From the NCBI GenBank assembly GCA_043228905.1, contig JBHGNT010000001.1, forward strand, positions 21,700,001-21,764,000: DNA of 64,000 nt, given 5' to 3'. Positions 34,860 through 47,100 of this stretch are shown here, one piece after another. How positions within the stretch are numbered: the stretch's first letter is position 1; the number at the start of each line of letters is the position of its first letter. The DNA is from Azolla caroliniana. Lineage: Eukaryota > Plantae > Polypodiophyta. Position numbers and translations under genes: made by a program. The notes beneath the pieces were generated by a model that ran no database searches, had not been told where the DNA came from, and saw nothing but the letters and a program-made list of their open reading frames with translations.

Positions 34860-37800
34860 TTGTATATGTAAATATGTATATATTTTTATATATTTATTTT
34901 ATCTAGTCGCCGGTTCGCCGGATACCGGTGCCGCCGCCGGATGCCGACGCCGACGCTGGATGCCGAATACCGGTGCCGCATGTCGCCGCCGGATTGCCGT
35001 CGGATGCCGTCGGATCACCGGCTCCATCGCCGGTCCGGTTTTGGTTGGCCAAAACCCTTTTCGAGTAGCTAGCCACCTCCACTCTAAGTTCAAGCTACCT
35101 TGAACTCTCTATGCTCCACACATAGACACAAAGATAATATCTTTTGGTCCACCTTATATATAATGAGAGCCGTATTTGTCGTGCCTATGTGGGATATCTC
35201 ACAATTTTCTCTTTTCTTTTTACAAACTTTATACCCTCATATCTTGACATTTAGTTGTCCATTTCTCGTGTAATAAAGTGCATTCGAAACCTCCATCATT
35301 TTGTACTTAGATATTAAAAATGTTATCTTCACAATTATTGTATTACATGATTCATACTCGATTTTGTACGTTTTATGGGATTTTCACACTATTGCCGAAA
35401 ATCTTCACGAAAGCGGGGAGAGCGGGGTAGAGTCTCCACTACTCGCCGGTTCCTCATCCGACTGGTCACTTTGAACCAGTCGCTTGTTCAGTCCACTCAA
35501 CTGAAACGATTCTGGACTCTCTTCTAGAGTCTCAAGCTCATCATCTTCTATCTGGACCAGTTCAGGCTCACTGGCCTCATCCTCCGGGATAGGGTCGGAG
35601 TCGGAAGTCGGAGTCGGTGGAGAGTACGTTGATGTCATCTCGTCGAACTCAATATCTCAGCTTACTCAGACCTGCTTCGTCCGGGGGTTATAGCACTTAT
35701 ACCCCTTCTGCTCATGCGAGTAACCGACCAGGATACACTTCTCTGACTTCGGTTCAAGTTTCCTCCGCTTCTCATCTGGTACATGCACATATGCTATGTT
35801 GCTGAATATCCGAAGGTGTCTCAAATTCGGCTTGCGCCCAAAATACAGCTCATGTGCTGACACCTTGTCACTGATCCAGTTTTAGATGTAGACGGTCGTC
35901 AGGACCGCCTCAGCCCAGTAGAATTGGGGCATGCTCTTCTCCTTTAGCATTACCCTTGTTGCGTCGACAATCAACCGGTTTTTCCTCTCAGCCACACCGT
36001 TTTGTTCCGGTGTGTACCTGCAGTTGAATTCTCTCTGAATTCCCTTTTGCTGCAGATAACTGTTGAATTGGCCGGAAAAGTATTCTTTTCCGCCATTCGA
36101 CCGCAGGCACTTCATCTTCCTCTCTATTTCCCATTGAACCAAGCTTTGAAGGTTCCGGAAACACTCGAAGACTTCGCTCTTCCTCTCGATGAGGTAGATC
36201 CACGTGTGCTGGTTGTAGTCATCGATGAAGGAGCTGAAGTATCGACTCCCGCCAAGACTAACATTCTCTGTCGGTCCCCATACATCCAAATGGATTAGGT
36301 CGAGCTTGTTACGGCTCCGGTTTCATTCGGTGGGGAATGGAAGCCGGTGTTGCTTCCCGAGTTGGCAAGCTTCACAAATTTCGACCTTCCGGCCGCTAAA
36401 TTTTGGCAAACCGAAAACGACTTGTTTCGATTGCAAGTCTTGAAGCCTCTTGATAATTGACATGGCCGATCCGCTTGTGTCAGAGATCTATGTCTGATTC
36501 AATATTCTGTCCTTTGACAAACAAGGCGATGCCGACGTCGTTTGTGTCGAGGATGAACATCCTCCCATCTCTGCGCCCTTGTACAATAATCTGGCCTTCT
36601 TCCTCGATGAAGCACCCGAGGTGCGTAAACCGCACCTACATTCCCTGGTTGACGATGTGTCCGACCGATACCAGGTTCTTTGTGATAATCGGAACATGTA
36701 GTACATTCATCAGCTTTCCCTTTTGTCCGACATGGCTTAAAGGGACTTCTCTGACATGCACAATCCGGTGAGGGGTGTTGTCTCCGGTTTCGACAATCCT
36801 CGGTTGTTCCGATTTTTTCAAAAAGGAGAACCACTCTTCATATCTCGTCATGTGGTTGGACACTCCGGAATCAACATACTTCCTCCAATTTGGAAGTAGT
36901 CTTCTTCATCGAGTTAGCCTTGTGCTTCATCACGAAGGTTGGCCCTTTACCAGTCTTCCCAGTTCTGGATCCTTTCGATCCTTCTACGTAGTGCGAGCTT
37001 TGTCGGTTTTCCCGGCTGGTTTTGCCGGATCCGGATTTGTCCGAATCGGCGCGCTTCTTCTAGCACTCGCTTTCCCTGTGGCCCTTTCTGCCATAGTACC
37101 AGCATTCCGTTTCAGCTTCTCCTTGCCGGCTTCCGGTGCCGCTTTGACTCCCCCTGCTTGTGGAGGGTCTGGAACTGTTGTCGGCACCATCTCTGTGCCT
37201 TCGGTTCTGCTCTTGCCGACCACCTCCATTGCGTGCCAACCCACCTCTTCCACCACGTCCATGGGGCCGATCTGTCTCCGTGTACAACATTTGACTGTCC
37301 AATTGAGTGGTCCTGGACCCACTCCCGTGGTTTTCTTCGATCATCAGCATTGATTGCAAGTCGAAGAAGAACGGTGGCTTCTCTCGGTTGTAGATTGTTG
37401 TCTGGATTGGCCCGTAGCTTTGCGCTAGACTACCAAGGCAAATTTGTACCATCTCCTCTTCGTCCACTGTCACGTTGATGGACCCGAGTGCATCACAAAT
37501 CTCCTTTATTTTGGTGGTGTAATCCGTAACCAACATGTCTCTTTGTTGGATGTTGTTCAACCCTTGTCGGAGCTGCAACTTACGGGCTGTGGTACTCACG
37601 GCAAAAATCTTCCTCAGATTTCCCCAGGCCTCCTTCGACATTTTTGCATCCTTTATGTAGCCGAGCATCTGGTCGTGCACAAAGGACACGAGGCAGTACA
37701 ATACTCGGCTCGCTCCTTGCTCCCATATCGGGAAGTCCTCGTGTGCCAGCTCCGGCGCTACCTCGTTCGTTCCTTCCACAAAGCTCCAATATCCATGCCC

Positions 37801-38986
37801 CAACAACTACTAGTGCATCTTGTATGACCAGGACGCGTAGTTGCTCCGATCGAGCTTCTCTGTCAGAAGTGAACTCGTCATTTCTCTGTCCATATCTTCT
37901 CTCTGTTTGTTGTTATCGAGTTCTAGGGTTCGTCTACGAAAGCAAGTGTCGGTTGCAGAGGTTCTCAACCCTCGCGCTCTGATACCATGTCAATGTTAAC
38001 GTGCGGAAGTGTTAGACAGAACCGGCTCAACCGGATAGCAACAGAGAATAAGATGAAGGTTTAATGGAGAAGTTTAATACACAGAGAGTATACGCGGGAG
38101 AGATAGAGAGAGCACAACGTAAATGTAGATTCAAAAATAATAAAAACACTTTGTACATAGAGTGTGCTCAAAGAACACTTTTATACAAGTCTATAAAGAA
38201 CTGACAGAAGTAATGACAAGTACTTCAATATTCTTACGTGCAACTAACACTAACTACGAGACCATGATTACCTAGTAGTCTAGGTTACTACTAGGCATCT
38301 GATTCGCACTCGAATCCGTCTCTTCGATCCGGCCAGTTGTATCTGGATACATCATCCTTTACGGCTTAAAACAAGCGTTGACGATGTGGTACCCGAAGTT
38401 CAACTCCTACATCAGGCAACTTGGCTACCAACGGTCCGACTTTGATCCATTTATGTATATTCAGCAATTAGTCGACGAGTCCCAAATCTATCTGATCCTA
38501 TATGGCGATGACATGTTGATTGTAGGAAGCAATCAAGCAAAAATCGAAAAATTAAAGGGGAGCCTTCACGACAAGTTCGCGATAAAGGAACTCGAACAAG
38601 CCCGACATATATTGGGCATGTGGATAGAGCAAAATTAAAAGACAACTTTTTATCCTCATGTAGCATAAATGTGTGTCTGGCCATATATAATACAATCCTC
38701 ATGAAGTAAATGTAAGTGAGCTCTTCTATTTACCACCAAGAAAAGCCTTGGGTGTCCAAAATGGGTTGCCATGGGACAATGTTGCACTTGAGTTGTTGGA
38801 CAACGCCTCAATCTGTGTCTAGTGGCTAGAGAGGGGGATCCTAAGAACAAAAGTAGGATAGGAAAATGGGCCCGAGAGTAGGGTTGGATGCAAGTAATTA
38901 ACCCAACAAAAGGTTAGGGGAAGGTAACCACAAATAATGAGATGGTAATCTCAGAGAAAGAAAGAAAGAAAGAAATTTTAACGAGA

Positions 38987-39036
38987 GATATAGATAGATT
39001 TTATTATCAATATCATCTTTGGATCTCAAATGTGAC

Positions 39037-39040
<4 letters not shown>
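38987..39040 (-). mobile_element. Probable extremely 5'-truncated LINE 3' end abutting a (GA)n tract
   Basis: The minus strand reads TCTCAGGTCACATTTGAGATCCAAAGATGATATT...(TCTA)n, resembling the 3' terminus of the LINE at 12627-12684. (GA)n lies at 39039-39070. Confidence 0.45.
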
Positions 39041-39074
<34 letters not shown>

Positions 39075-40153
39075 ATATCCACATAAAAAATATAATTATA
39101 TCACTCCCAACCACCCTGTTTCCATTAGGATTGAATGCCTACCAAACAAGGATGGCCTTGGAACTTGTTTTGTTTTACCTAAAAATAATAAGAAAACATT
39201 TTCAAGAAGTTGCATATCACAAATTTGCACCTACCTTGGGCCTTGTTTACTAGTTGGGAAAACTAAATGCATCTTCAAACACTACTATTTTTACATTTAT
39301 TTGCAATTCTCTCTGCTCTCTAAATAGAAAGCATGAGTCAATTCATGAGAAAATAAATTTCCAATGAAAAAATCACAAATTTCAACAAGTAAATTTCATT
39401 GAACCAGTTTTGCATTAATTCATTTCTCATGTGCTTCAATAATCCCTATCATCATCCAGCTGGAGATAATGCGAATTTCTACTCACAGTGCTTGCTCAAT
39501 CACTAAAACTTCGCAATTCATTTGTATGTCCTTCATATCACACCTCATTATCCATCAATTCTTCAATTAAATAGAGTTCCAATAATAAATCTTTAATAAC
39601 CTGCATTCTTTTTCCACATCCCTGGCATTTCACTTTCTCCAATAATCCCATTTGTCAAAAAGACTCTTAAGAAAATGCAAATTTCCACCACCAAAATGAT
39701 CTTTGCATCCCTTAATTTTCAGTTTCTTTGCTTTTTTTACATTTCAGTTACTTTGCCATTTCTACCAAGAATGTCTCTTCCATCACCACATGCTTTTTTT
39801 TCCTTTCAGTTTCTTTGCATTTGCCAATCTTAGACACTATGGGAAGAACTTCAACAGTTAAATTTTCACATTCATTTCCATGCCCTTAGCATTTTGCAGC
39901 TTTAGGAGTCAGTTCCATTGGTCATAAGATTTGATAAAAAAATGCATCCTCAAAAACCAAGTTGTTGCATTTTCATTTCCATGACCCTCTTGCCCCTGCA
40001 TTGTATATTATATGATCTGCGCTATATTTGCAATCATCTACAAACAATGCCTCTTGAATCACGAAATTCAATGTCATTTTATGTCCTTATCGACTTTTTT
40101 GCTTTTCATTTCGAAAACATCAATTGCTATTTCATCTCCTGAAAACTTTCGTA

Positions 40154-41152
40154 TCATTTCTTTCCACAATTCTCTATGTATTCTTTATAAACCCGCGGAC
40201 CATCAGCATGACACTCAACAAACTTGCATTGGAACTGCTTCTCCGACATTGACATGATGTAATCAAGCTTGAAAATCCTTCTGACGATCCGTTTTGATGT
40301 GATCCACTGATGCATCATATACCTTGGCCTCAAATGTGAATCCAAATCATAAAGCATAAAAGACGAATACTTGAAAAGCTCCTCAATAGAAAAGCAAAGG
40401 TTATGCAAAAGATAACCAATCTTTCTCGCTGTTTCTACGGGATCTTGAAGAAAAATTGTAGGTTGAATCCTCATAAACTTATATGCATAATTTTGTGAGA
40501 GTCCATGGTTGATGAATATACGAAGAATTAATTCTAGGTCTTCTTTGTTTTTTTTCAAAACATAGGTTAGTGCTTTAACCATTAGCTTTGTATTCCTCTT
40601 AAAACCACATTTAAGCAAGAAACTGATTTGATCTTGGAATTTTCCTTTCTCTTTGCTAATGGTTAAGAGGGACGGCCAAGAAACAACGGATTCGGCCACA
40701 AGATGCTTTCCGATTACAGACTCTAGAAGAAAAGTGGGTTCTTTTATCTCTTTATTCAGATCTAAATTAAGAATCTGAGGGTAGGACAAAAGGATCTTGG
40801 AGAATCCATCCATCGTGAGGCCAAATGTTTGAAAGAAACCAAAAATCTCCGCACACTCTGAAGAAGAGGAAAGATGTGGAGACGATTGAGAAGGAATAAC
40901 GGGCATAGCATGGAAGAATCCCGAGAGATTGGCGTTTCTTTTGTCTCCTATTTCTTCCGAGAAACTAAGGTTTCTTTTGACTCTGAGTCTGTCTTCTTCC
41001 TTGCTTTCCTCTCCTCTTCCTTCTTCTGCTCCAAGAGTTGCGGTGGTACCACTGCTATAAAAACCATAGCTGCATCTGCAGTGCAGCCCATAGCTACTTA
41101 CGCATCTGATTTGGGGGAGGTTAGCAGCAACAAGCCTCAAGCATATATCCAT
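40154..41152 (-). CDS. mTERF-family protein (organellar transcription termination factor-like), intronless
   Basis: 332-aa open ORF with an S/R-rich, transit-peptide-like N-terminus. It has mTERF-type repeats (ILLSYPQIL, SWPSLL, IQPTIF) and the typical plant C-terminus YDLDSHLRPRY...IMSMSEKQFQCKFV. Confidence 0.85.
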   Translation of the reverse strand: MDICLRLVAANLPQIRCVSSYGLHCRCSYGFYSSGTTATLGAEEGRGEESKEEDRLRVKRNLSFSEEIGDKRNANLSGFFHAMPVIPSQSSPHLSSSSECAEIFGFFQTFGLTMDGFSKILLSYPQILNLDLNKEIKEPTFLLESVIGKHLVAESVVSWPSLLTISKEKGKFQDQISFLLKCGFKRNTKLMVKALTYVLKKNKEDLELILRIFINHGLSQNYAYKFMRIQPTIFLQDPVETARKIGYLLHNLCFSIEELFKYSSFMLYDLDSHLRPRYMMHQWITSKRIVRRIFKLDYIMSMSEKQFQCKFVECHADGPRVYKEYIENCGKK

Positions 41153-41256
41153 CAGAAGCTAAAGCTATGCAGGACAGAAGAGACAGGTGGTTTAATGTGC
41201 AGTCTTATCATTTTGTGAAGGCTTTTTTGGTCATGGTGTGTGGATGGATGGGATAA

Positions 41257-41493
41257 GGTTTGTTTGTCACGCGCCTCAATGCCTTCAATGTGAAAACACC
41301 TTCGACTCGTCCGTCCCTCCATTCACATTTCTTTCTTCACACACACACACACACACACACCCCGACTCATCTGAGTCCGTCCATTGAGATTCTTCACTCA
41401 CACTCACTCACCTTGACTCAAATGTGAATGGAGGGACGGACGAGTCGAAGGTGTTTTCACATTGAAGGCATTGAGGCGCGTGACAAACAAACC
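41257..41493. repeat. Perfect 74-bp inverted repeat with an 89-nt spacer, interleaved with a ~60-bp direct repeat
   Basis: 41257-41330 is the exact reverse complement of 41420-41493. The segment 41360-41419 is repeated at 41492-41550. Confidence 0.95.
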
Positions 41494-41667
41494 CCGACTC
41501 ATCTGAGTCCGTCCATTGAGATTCTTCACTCACACTCACTCACCTTGACTCGTCCGTCCATTGAGATTCTTCACACACACACACACTCACCCGCGGCACT
41601 ACAAACAATACCACCTATTTTGTCACATGCCAAGCAACATCACAATGATGTTCCCGCCCCCACCTAT

Positions 41668-41708
41668 ATACATACATACATACATACATACATACATACA
41701 TACATACA
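41668..41708. repeat. (TACA)n microsatellite
   Basis: About 10 tandem TACA units read directly. Confidence 0.9.
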
Positions 41709-42287
41709 CATAAATTGCATAATAATAGGATATTGCATTGAGGGGTATGTATATGACTAGCATACCACCTTCACATGGACACCCATTAGGAAGGGCTTTA
41801 GAGGTAATTGACGTGTGTGAATGTCCAATAACCACACTTCAAACGTCCTCACTAGGTTTTGCTAAAGTAGTGAAATGTCTTGTATCGAACACATCCCCAT
41901 AGATTTGTGGACCACAATGTATATGCATGGTTGGTAATTCTAAAACACTATTAAATTGATATCCCCAAACGAATTTTGCTATCTGTCATCAAAATAAGCC
42001 TCTTCAAATGGAGAAGCACAACGTGCCCTCATAACAAACTAAAGTCTTACCTCCCTTATCAATCAAATAATTTAGGCCATCCAAATAATACTCAATTGAT
42101 AATCTAGCCCCTCGACATACTAGGGGGCATATCTTATATTTCAAACGTATGTTGACTTAAAGACCCAATATGAATGGTATCTTTGAGAATCTCCATATAT
42201 GTAATAACCAATAAACCATGCCACCAAAACTATTAGCCAATTGTTATGAGGAAATGATGTTTCCATATGCATTAAAGAAAGGGTTTA

Positions 42288-42889
42288 GTGATGCACCATA
42301 TACTCGTTATATCCATACCGAACTATGGGGTTCTTCTGGCGGGTGGATCAACGCAATTTCTACTCGGCCGATTTCATGGCCCTCTTGGCCGACTCGGACT
42401 TCTCTTCTGAAGGTCCGTCTTTGTTCTTTCTGGAGTTGGATTTGCTCCGATCTGACTCATCTCTACCGATGTCATATTCCGGCATTTTCTTCTTCCTCTT
42501 TTCTTTGCGCGTGAACCGTCTCCTTGGTTCGTTGTGTGGGGAGAGCACGACCAAGTCTCCACTACTCGTCGGCCCTTCGTCTGACTCGTCGTTTCAACTC
42601 AGTCGTTGATTTGGCCTGCTCAACCGAACTGAGATCGGATGCTCATCTAGAGTATCAAACTCCTCTTCTTCTTCTGCCCGGATCATTTCGGGCTCACTAG
42701 GCTCATCTTCCGGAATTGGGTCGGAGTCGGGGGTTGGAGTTAGGAGAGAGTACCATGATGCCGACTCATCGAACTCGAGATCTTGGCTTACTCGAACTTG
42801 TTTTGTTTGGGGGTATAACACTTATAACCCTTCTGTTCGTGTGAGTAGCCGAACAATATGCACTTCTCCGACTTCAGATCCAGCTTTCT
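42288..42889 (-). mobile_element. Copia fragment (integrase C-terminus and INT-RT linker)
   Basis: KLDLKSEKCILFGYSHEQKGYKCY; homologous to 27545-27798 and 35413-35760. Confidence 0.8.
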
Positions 42890-43314
42890 TGTAAAAGATA
42901 TTATGCGGAAGTTAAGACAAAATCGACGTCCGGATAATAGCAGAACACAGAATGGAAAGCTTGAATACACGGGAGAGACAGAGAGAGCAGAACAATAAAA
43001 ACTCAATTCAAAATACTAACACTTTGTACATACAAATGTCCTACAAAACACTTTTTATACAAGTCCTTAAAAGGGCTAACAGAAGTACTGACAAGTACTT
43101 CAATGCTCATACGAGCGATTGACACTAACTCCAAGGACTCTACCTACGTACTAAGCCATGATTGTAGACCTCTAACGGCCTACCGGTTACCATCTGATAC
43201 GGCTCATGGTTCCAGACACCGATCCGGATACCTATCCAGTTCTCCGTTCCGGATACCAATCCATTTCCGGCTTATTCAACTGATCCGGATCCGATCGAGC
43301 TTGTCCGCTCAACA
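42890..43314 (-). mobile_element. Isolated Copia LTR (C-related family) without a matching TSD
   Basis: TGTAAAAG...CTCAACA, similar to the LTR at 24870-25339. The flanks TTTCT and GGATA do not match. Confidence 0.8.
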
Positions 43315-43819
43315 GGATATAATCCAAACATATCCACATTGTGTGAATATTGACAATACATGAAGCAATATCAGAACAATTCATATGCATTAATTCCATT
43401 TATTTGCTCTACAAGCACATTTTTTTATTTCCTTCTAGTAATTTTTATGCAGTTATGTCACTTGAAGAGTTCTTTCTTCCATTGCATGAGTCTAAATGGT
43501 TCTCTACTCCCCAACATTTGGGAGGACAGTTCATGAAACTTGTACATTTTTTGCCAGCTGCCAACATATACATTTACGGACAAAAAATACAATGTGGACC
43601 TTCATGTGAAGATCTTTTGAGACAAATTTGAAGCTAGAAATATGGTGAACACATTCAGGAATCTTCTTTCCATCTCATGTGATCAATGGCTTAAACACTC
43701 AACTTTAGTTTCTCATTGTTCATCCATGTAGTTGTCTATATGTGGATAGATACTAGGTCATTATTCTTCCGTTCCCTCATGCTCATCAGCATATGTAATA
43801 AATACCACATGTTTGTTTC

Positions 43820-44178
43820 TTATAATACATCAACATCTGCATAGATGTTGTACATAGAGACATATGTAGTCACATGTGATTCATCCAGACTCATTGTTTC
43901 TTCAAAACCTGGCTTTCCAAGTGCCACATTTCCCCAGTTTCGATAAGCACCCAACATAGTAACCCATATCATGGTATTGGGATGGGATGGTATTTTCTTC
44001 ACTAGTTCTACTACTTCATCCAATTGGCTTGCACGGCTAAACAGATCAACCAATGGATGAATTCCATAATTTCCAATCATGACTTCATAATATGTTTGAC
44101 CTTTATCTACCATGCATGTATGACTACAAGCATTGAGCACAACAAGAAAGGTGACCGGATTTGGTAAAACTCCATTTC
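43820..44178 (-). pseudogene. C-terminal fragment of a PLS-class PPR gene (L2/S2/E-type motifs)
   Basis: GVLPNPVTFLVVLNACSH...VDLFSRASQLDE...IWVTMLGAYRNWGNV...YVSMYNIY. The usual EHYxCM segment is missing and the 5' part is replaced by LTR sequence. Confidence 0.8.
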
Positions 44179-47100
44179 TTCAATGCTAATATGAGCGACT
44201 GACACTAACTCCAAGGAATCTACCTATGTACTAGGCCAAGATTGTAGACCTCTAACGGCCTACCAGTTACCATCTGATCCTTCTCTCCGATCCAACTCTT
44301 GGTTCCGGATACCCATCTGGTTCTCCGTTCCGGATATTTGTCCGACTCTCGCTTATTCAACCGATCCGGATCTAGTTGAGCTTGTCCGCTCAACACTCCC
44401 CCTCAAGCTCAACTTAAGGTCGGATCATGGTGTCAATGTCTACCAGTCCTTCTCTCTGGCTCCTTGTGGAGTCTTTTCGCCTTGCTTGCTCTCCTCGAAT
44501 CGTCCGGTTTAGCTTCCCACGACCGTCCGGTTCCGCGCCTCTCGACCTTCTCGATTGGCTTGTCTACTCATAAGGCCCATCTCAGCTTTATCGTTGTTGC
44601 GATTTCGGCGTCTCTCGACCCATCGATCCCTCCATGTCGGTGTCGACTTTTGCTACGTCCTCATCCGTTTGGCCTTCTGTTGATTTGGTTCCTCCGAATC
44701 GAACTCCTCTTCTGAATCGGCTATCTATGATTCGTTCCAACTCTTGTCTGAATTGGTCGTCTCCAATTCGTCTTCAACTTTCAGGCCCTTCACCATGTTG
44801 GACCATGTCCGGGTCTTGGCCTTCTCGTTTCGGTCGGCTCTATCCTTCTTGACTCTACCGCCGTCGCCTCTTGTTCCGACTTTATCGGATGTGCCGACTT
44901 CTTTAGTTGTCTTGGCTTCCTTTTTCTTCTTGTCTCCCCCTACTTCGGTTGTTTCCCTCTCTCCAACAGCTTGGCCAATGCCTTTGCCTGTTTTCCCGGT
45001 TTCCTCCTTTCTTCCCCTCAAGTGTGGCATGTCGAGATGCTGAAGACCAAGCATCACGAAAAATGTTGCAACTTGTCCAGGCCGAGAGGTTTGGTGAAGA
45101 TGTTAGCAGTCTGTTGATTCGTTGGAACATACACAAGTTCGACATCACTGGAGAGAACACGCTCACGGACAAAATGTTAGTGCACCTCAATGTCCTTGTT
45201 TTGGGCGTGAAAAACGAGGTTCATCGCCATCTGGATGTTACTGCGGTTGTCATAGTAGATCTTCGTCGGATCAGACACCTCCAACTATAGATCTTTTAGG
45301 AGCCTCCTGAGCCATATGGCTTTGCATGTCGTGATAGCCGCTCCTCGGTACCCGGCCTCTGTGCTCGACAGTGCTACTATCGGTTGCTTCTTACTGCTAC
45401 AGGCGATCGCAATGCTTCCAAGTGAAAATGCATATCCGGATGTAGACCCACGGTTGGCATTTCCGGCCCAATAGGCATCCATGTAGCTGACAAGTTGTCC
45501 TGTTACACCGGTCCGATACAACAACCCCCCTATCCTTAGTGTCGTTGACGTACCTGAGTATTCGATGCACACACTGAAGGTGCTCCACGCTTGGATGTGC
45601 CATGAATTGACTAATCAGTTCAACCAAATAGCTGAGGTCCGGTCAGGTGATGGTCAGATATATGAGGCTTCTGACTATTTGTCAATACCGTGTTGGGTCA
45701 CATGCCATTCTAGAGTCGGTGCGGAGCTTCATATTCCTATCCAGAGGAGTTGAGACGAACTTGCATGCCATCATACCGAATTTGAAAAGCATAGTCAACA
45801 CATAATGGCGTTGACTGATCAGTATGCCTTCCGGGGTGCAAATCACTTTGATCCCAACGAACACATTTTTCACATCCATTTGATGTAGATGCCACCCCTT
45901 CACCGCGGCCACCGCAAGTAAGACACGGATGGTCGTCATCTTTGCAACTAGCGTGAACGTCTCATTGTAGTTTATGTCGTGCTACTGTGCATAGCCTTTT
46001 GCCACTAATTGGGCCTTGTACAGGTTGACTAAGCCATCGGTGTTGTGTTTGACCTTGTATACCCACCGACAACCGATTGGCTTCACTCTTGTCGGTACGT
46101 CCACCAAGTCCCACGTCTCATTCTCCGTGAACGTGTGGATCTCTTCCTCTATGCACTTCTGCTAGTTCGGATCCTTAGCCACTTCTGCGTAGCTCTCCAG
46201 CTCACACACGACTGCCACCTTCACCATGTATGCATAATTATGCGCCATATACTCGTTATATCCGTATCGAACTACGGGGTGCTTATGGCGGGTGGATCGG
46301 TGCAGTTTCTGCTCTGTATGTAGCCAGATATCCAATTCCATATGTAGATGGTTGTCCGAATTGCTTTGGCCCAATAAATCTGGGGCATGCTCATCTCCTC
46401 CAACATTGCCCTCGCCGCATTTACCAACGTCAGATTTCGACGCTCGGCCACGCCATTCTGCTCCAACATGTATCTACAAGAGAACTCTCGGCAAATTTTC
46501 TTAGTCTGCAGATAACTAGTGAACTGACCGGAAAAGTACTATTTCCCACCATCCGATCTCAGACACTTAATCTTCCTTCCGGTTTCTCGCTCTACATGAT
46601 TCTTTACGTCCTGGAAGCAAGAGAAGACTTTGCTCTTCTTCTCAATCAGATAGATCCAAGTGTGTCAATTGAAATCGTCGATGAAGGAGACAAAATACCG
46701 ACTCCCGCCTCGTTTGGTTCACTCTGATCCGACGTGCTTGCTTGAGTGCCATATTCTGGCATCTTCTTCTTTCCTTTCTCTCTACAGGTAAACCATGCCT
46801 TCGGATTGCATGGCCAAGTCTTCGTCACTCGCCAGTAGGTTAAACGGCTGGCCATTCCATCTCAGCTCCTCATTCGACCCATTTGGCCAAAATTAGACCG
46901 GACCTCCTCTAGAGTGCCAATTTCTTTGCCCATCATCATCTTGGCTTCACTAGCGTTATCTTCAAAATTCAGCATGGAGTCCATGGGGGTCGGAGGTTGG
47001 TACCATGAAGTTGTTTCATCGAATATGACATCTCGGCTTACTGGAACCTGTTTGGATCGGGGGTTATAACATTTATATCCCTTATGCTCCTCTGAGTAGC

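Larger units (their letters stand above)
27799..35412 (-). mobile_element. Ty3/Gypsy element Z, nearly complete (gag-PR, RT, RNase H, INT), non-chromovirus-like
   Basis: LTRs at 27799-28822 and 34390-35412 (~1.02 kb, near identical, with a 12-bp terminal IR TGTCGTGAAGAT/ATCTTCACGACA). TSD is GCGG (27795-27798, 35413-35416). tRNA-Trp PBS at 34364-34381. Domain order is PR-RT-RH-INT. Confidence 0.95.
24870..38350 (-). mobile_element. Ty1/Copia element C, interrupted by Gypsy Z; 5' LTR truncated by a deletion
   Basis: 3' LTR at 24870-25339, 5' LTR at 37988-~38350, and PBS GCTCTGATACCA at 37976-37987. Gag is at 37060-37806, INT at 35882-36289, RT at 26569-27783 (LLYVDD) and RNase H at 25999-26391. 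Confidence 0.92.
12000..38640 (+). mobile_element. Old host Ty1/Copia element B, split by a LINE (12.6-22.25 kb) and by Copia C (24.87-38.35 kb)
   Basis: LTR remnant at 12000-12177 and PBS TGGTATCAGAG at 12180-12190. Gag at 12360-12626 resumes at ~22256 (MKMR|ETDPATSHINTF). Then protease WLLDSGAT, integrase LVHTDICGP/LRSDNGGEY, and RT 24578-24869 resuming at ~38355 (LYGLKQA...YGDD). Confidence 0.88.

Noticed and set aside
39360-39900. Possible decayed coding sequence downstream of mTERF
   Set aside because: It has frequent stops and no recognisable motif.
41730-42285. Possible LINE remnant with a (TATG)n tail
   Set aside because: No diagnostic RT/EN motif could be read.
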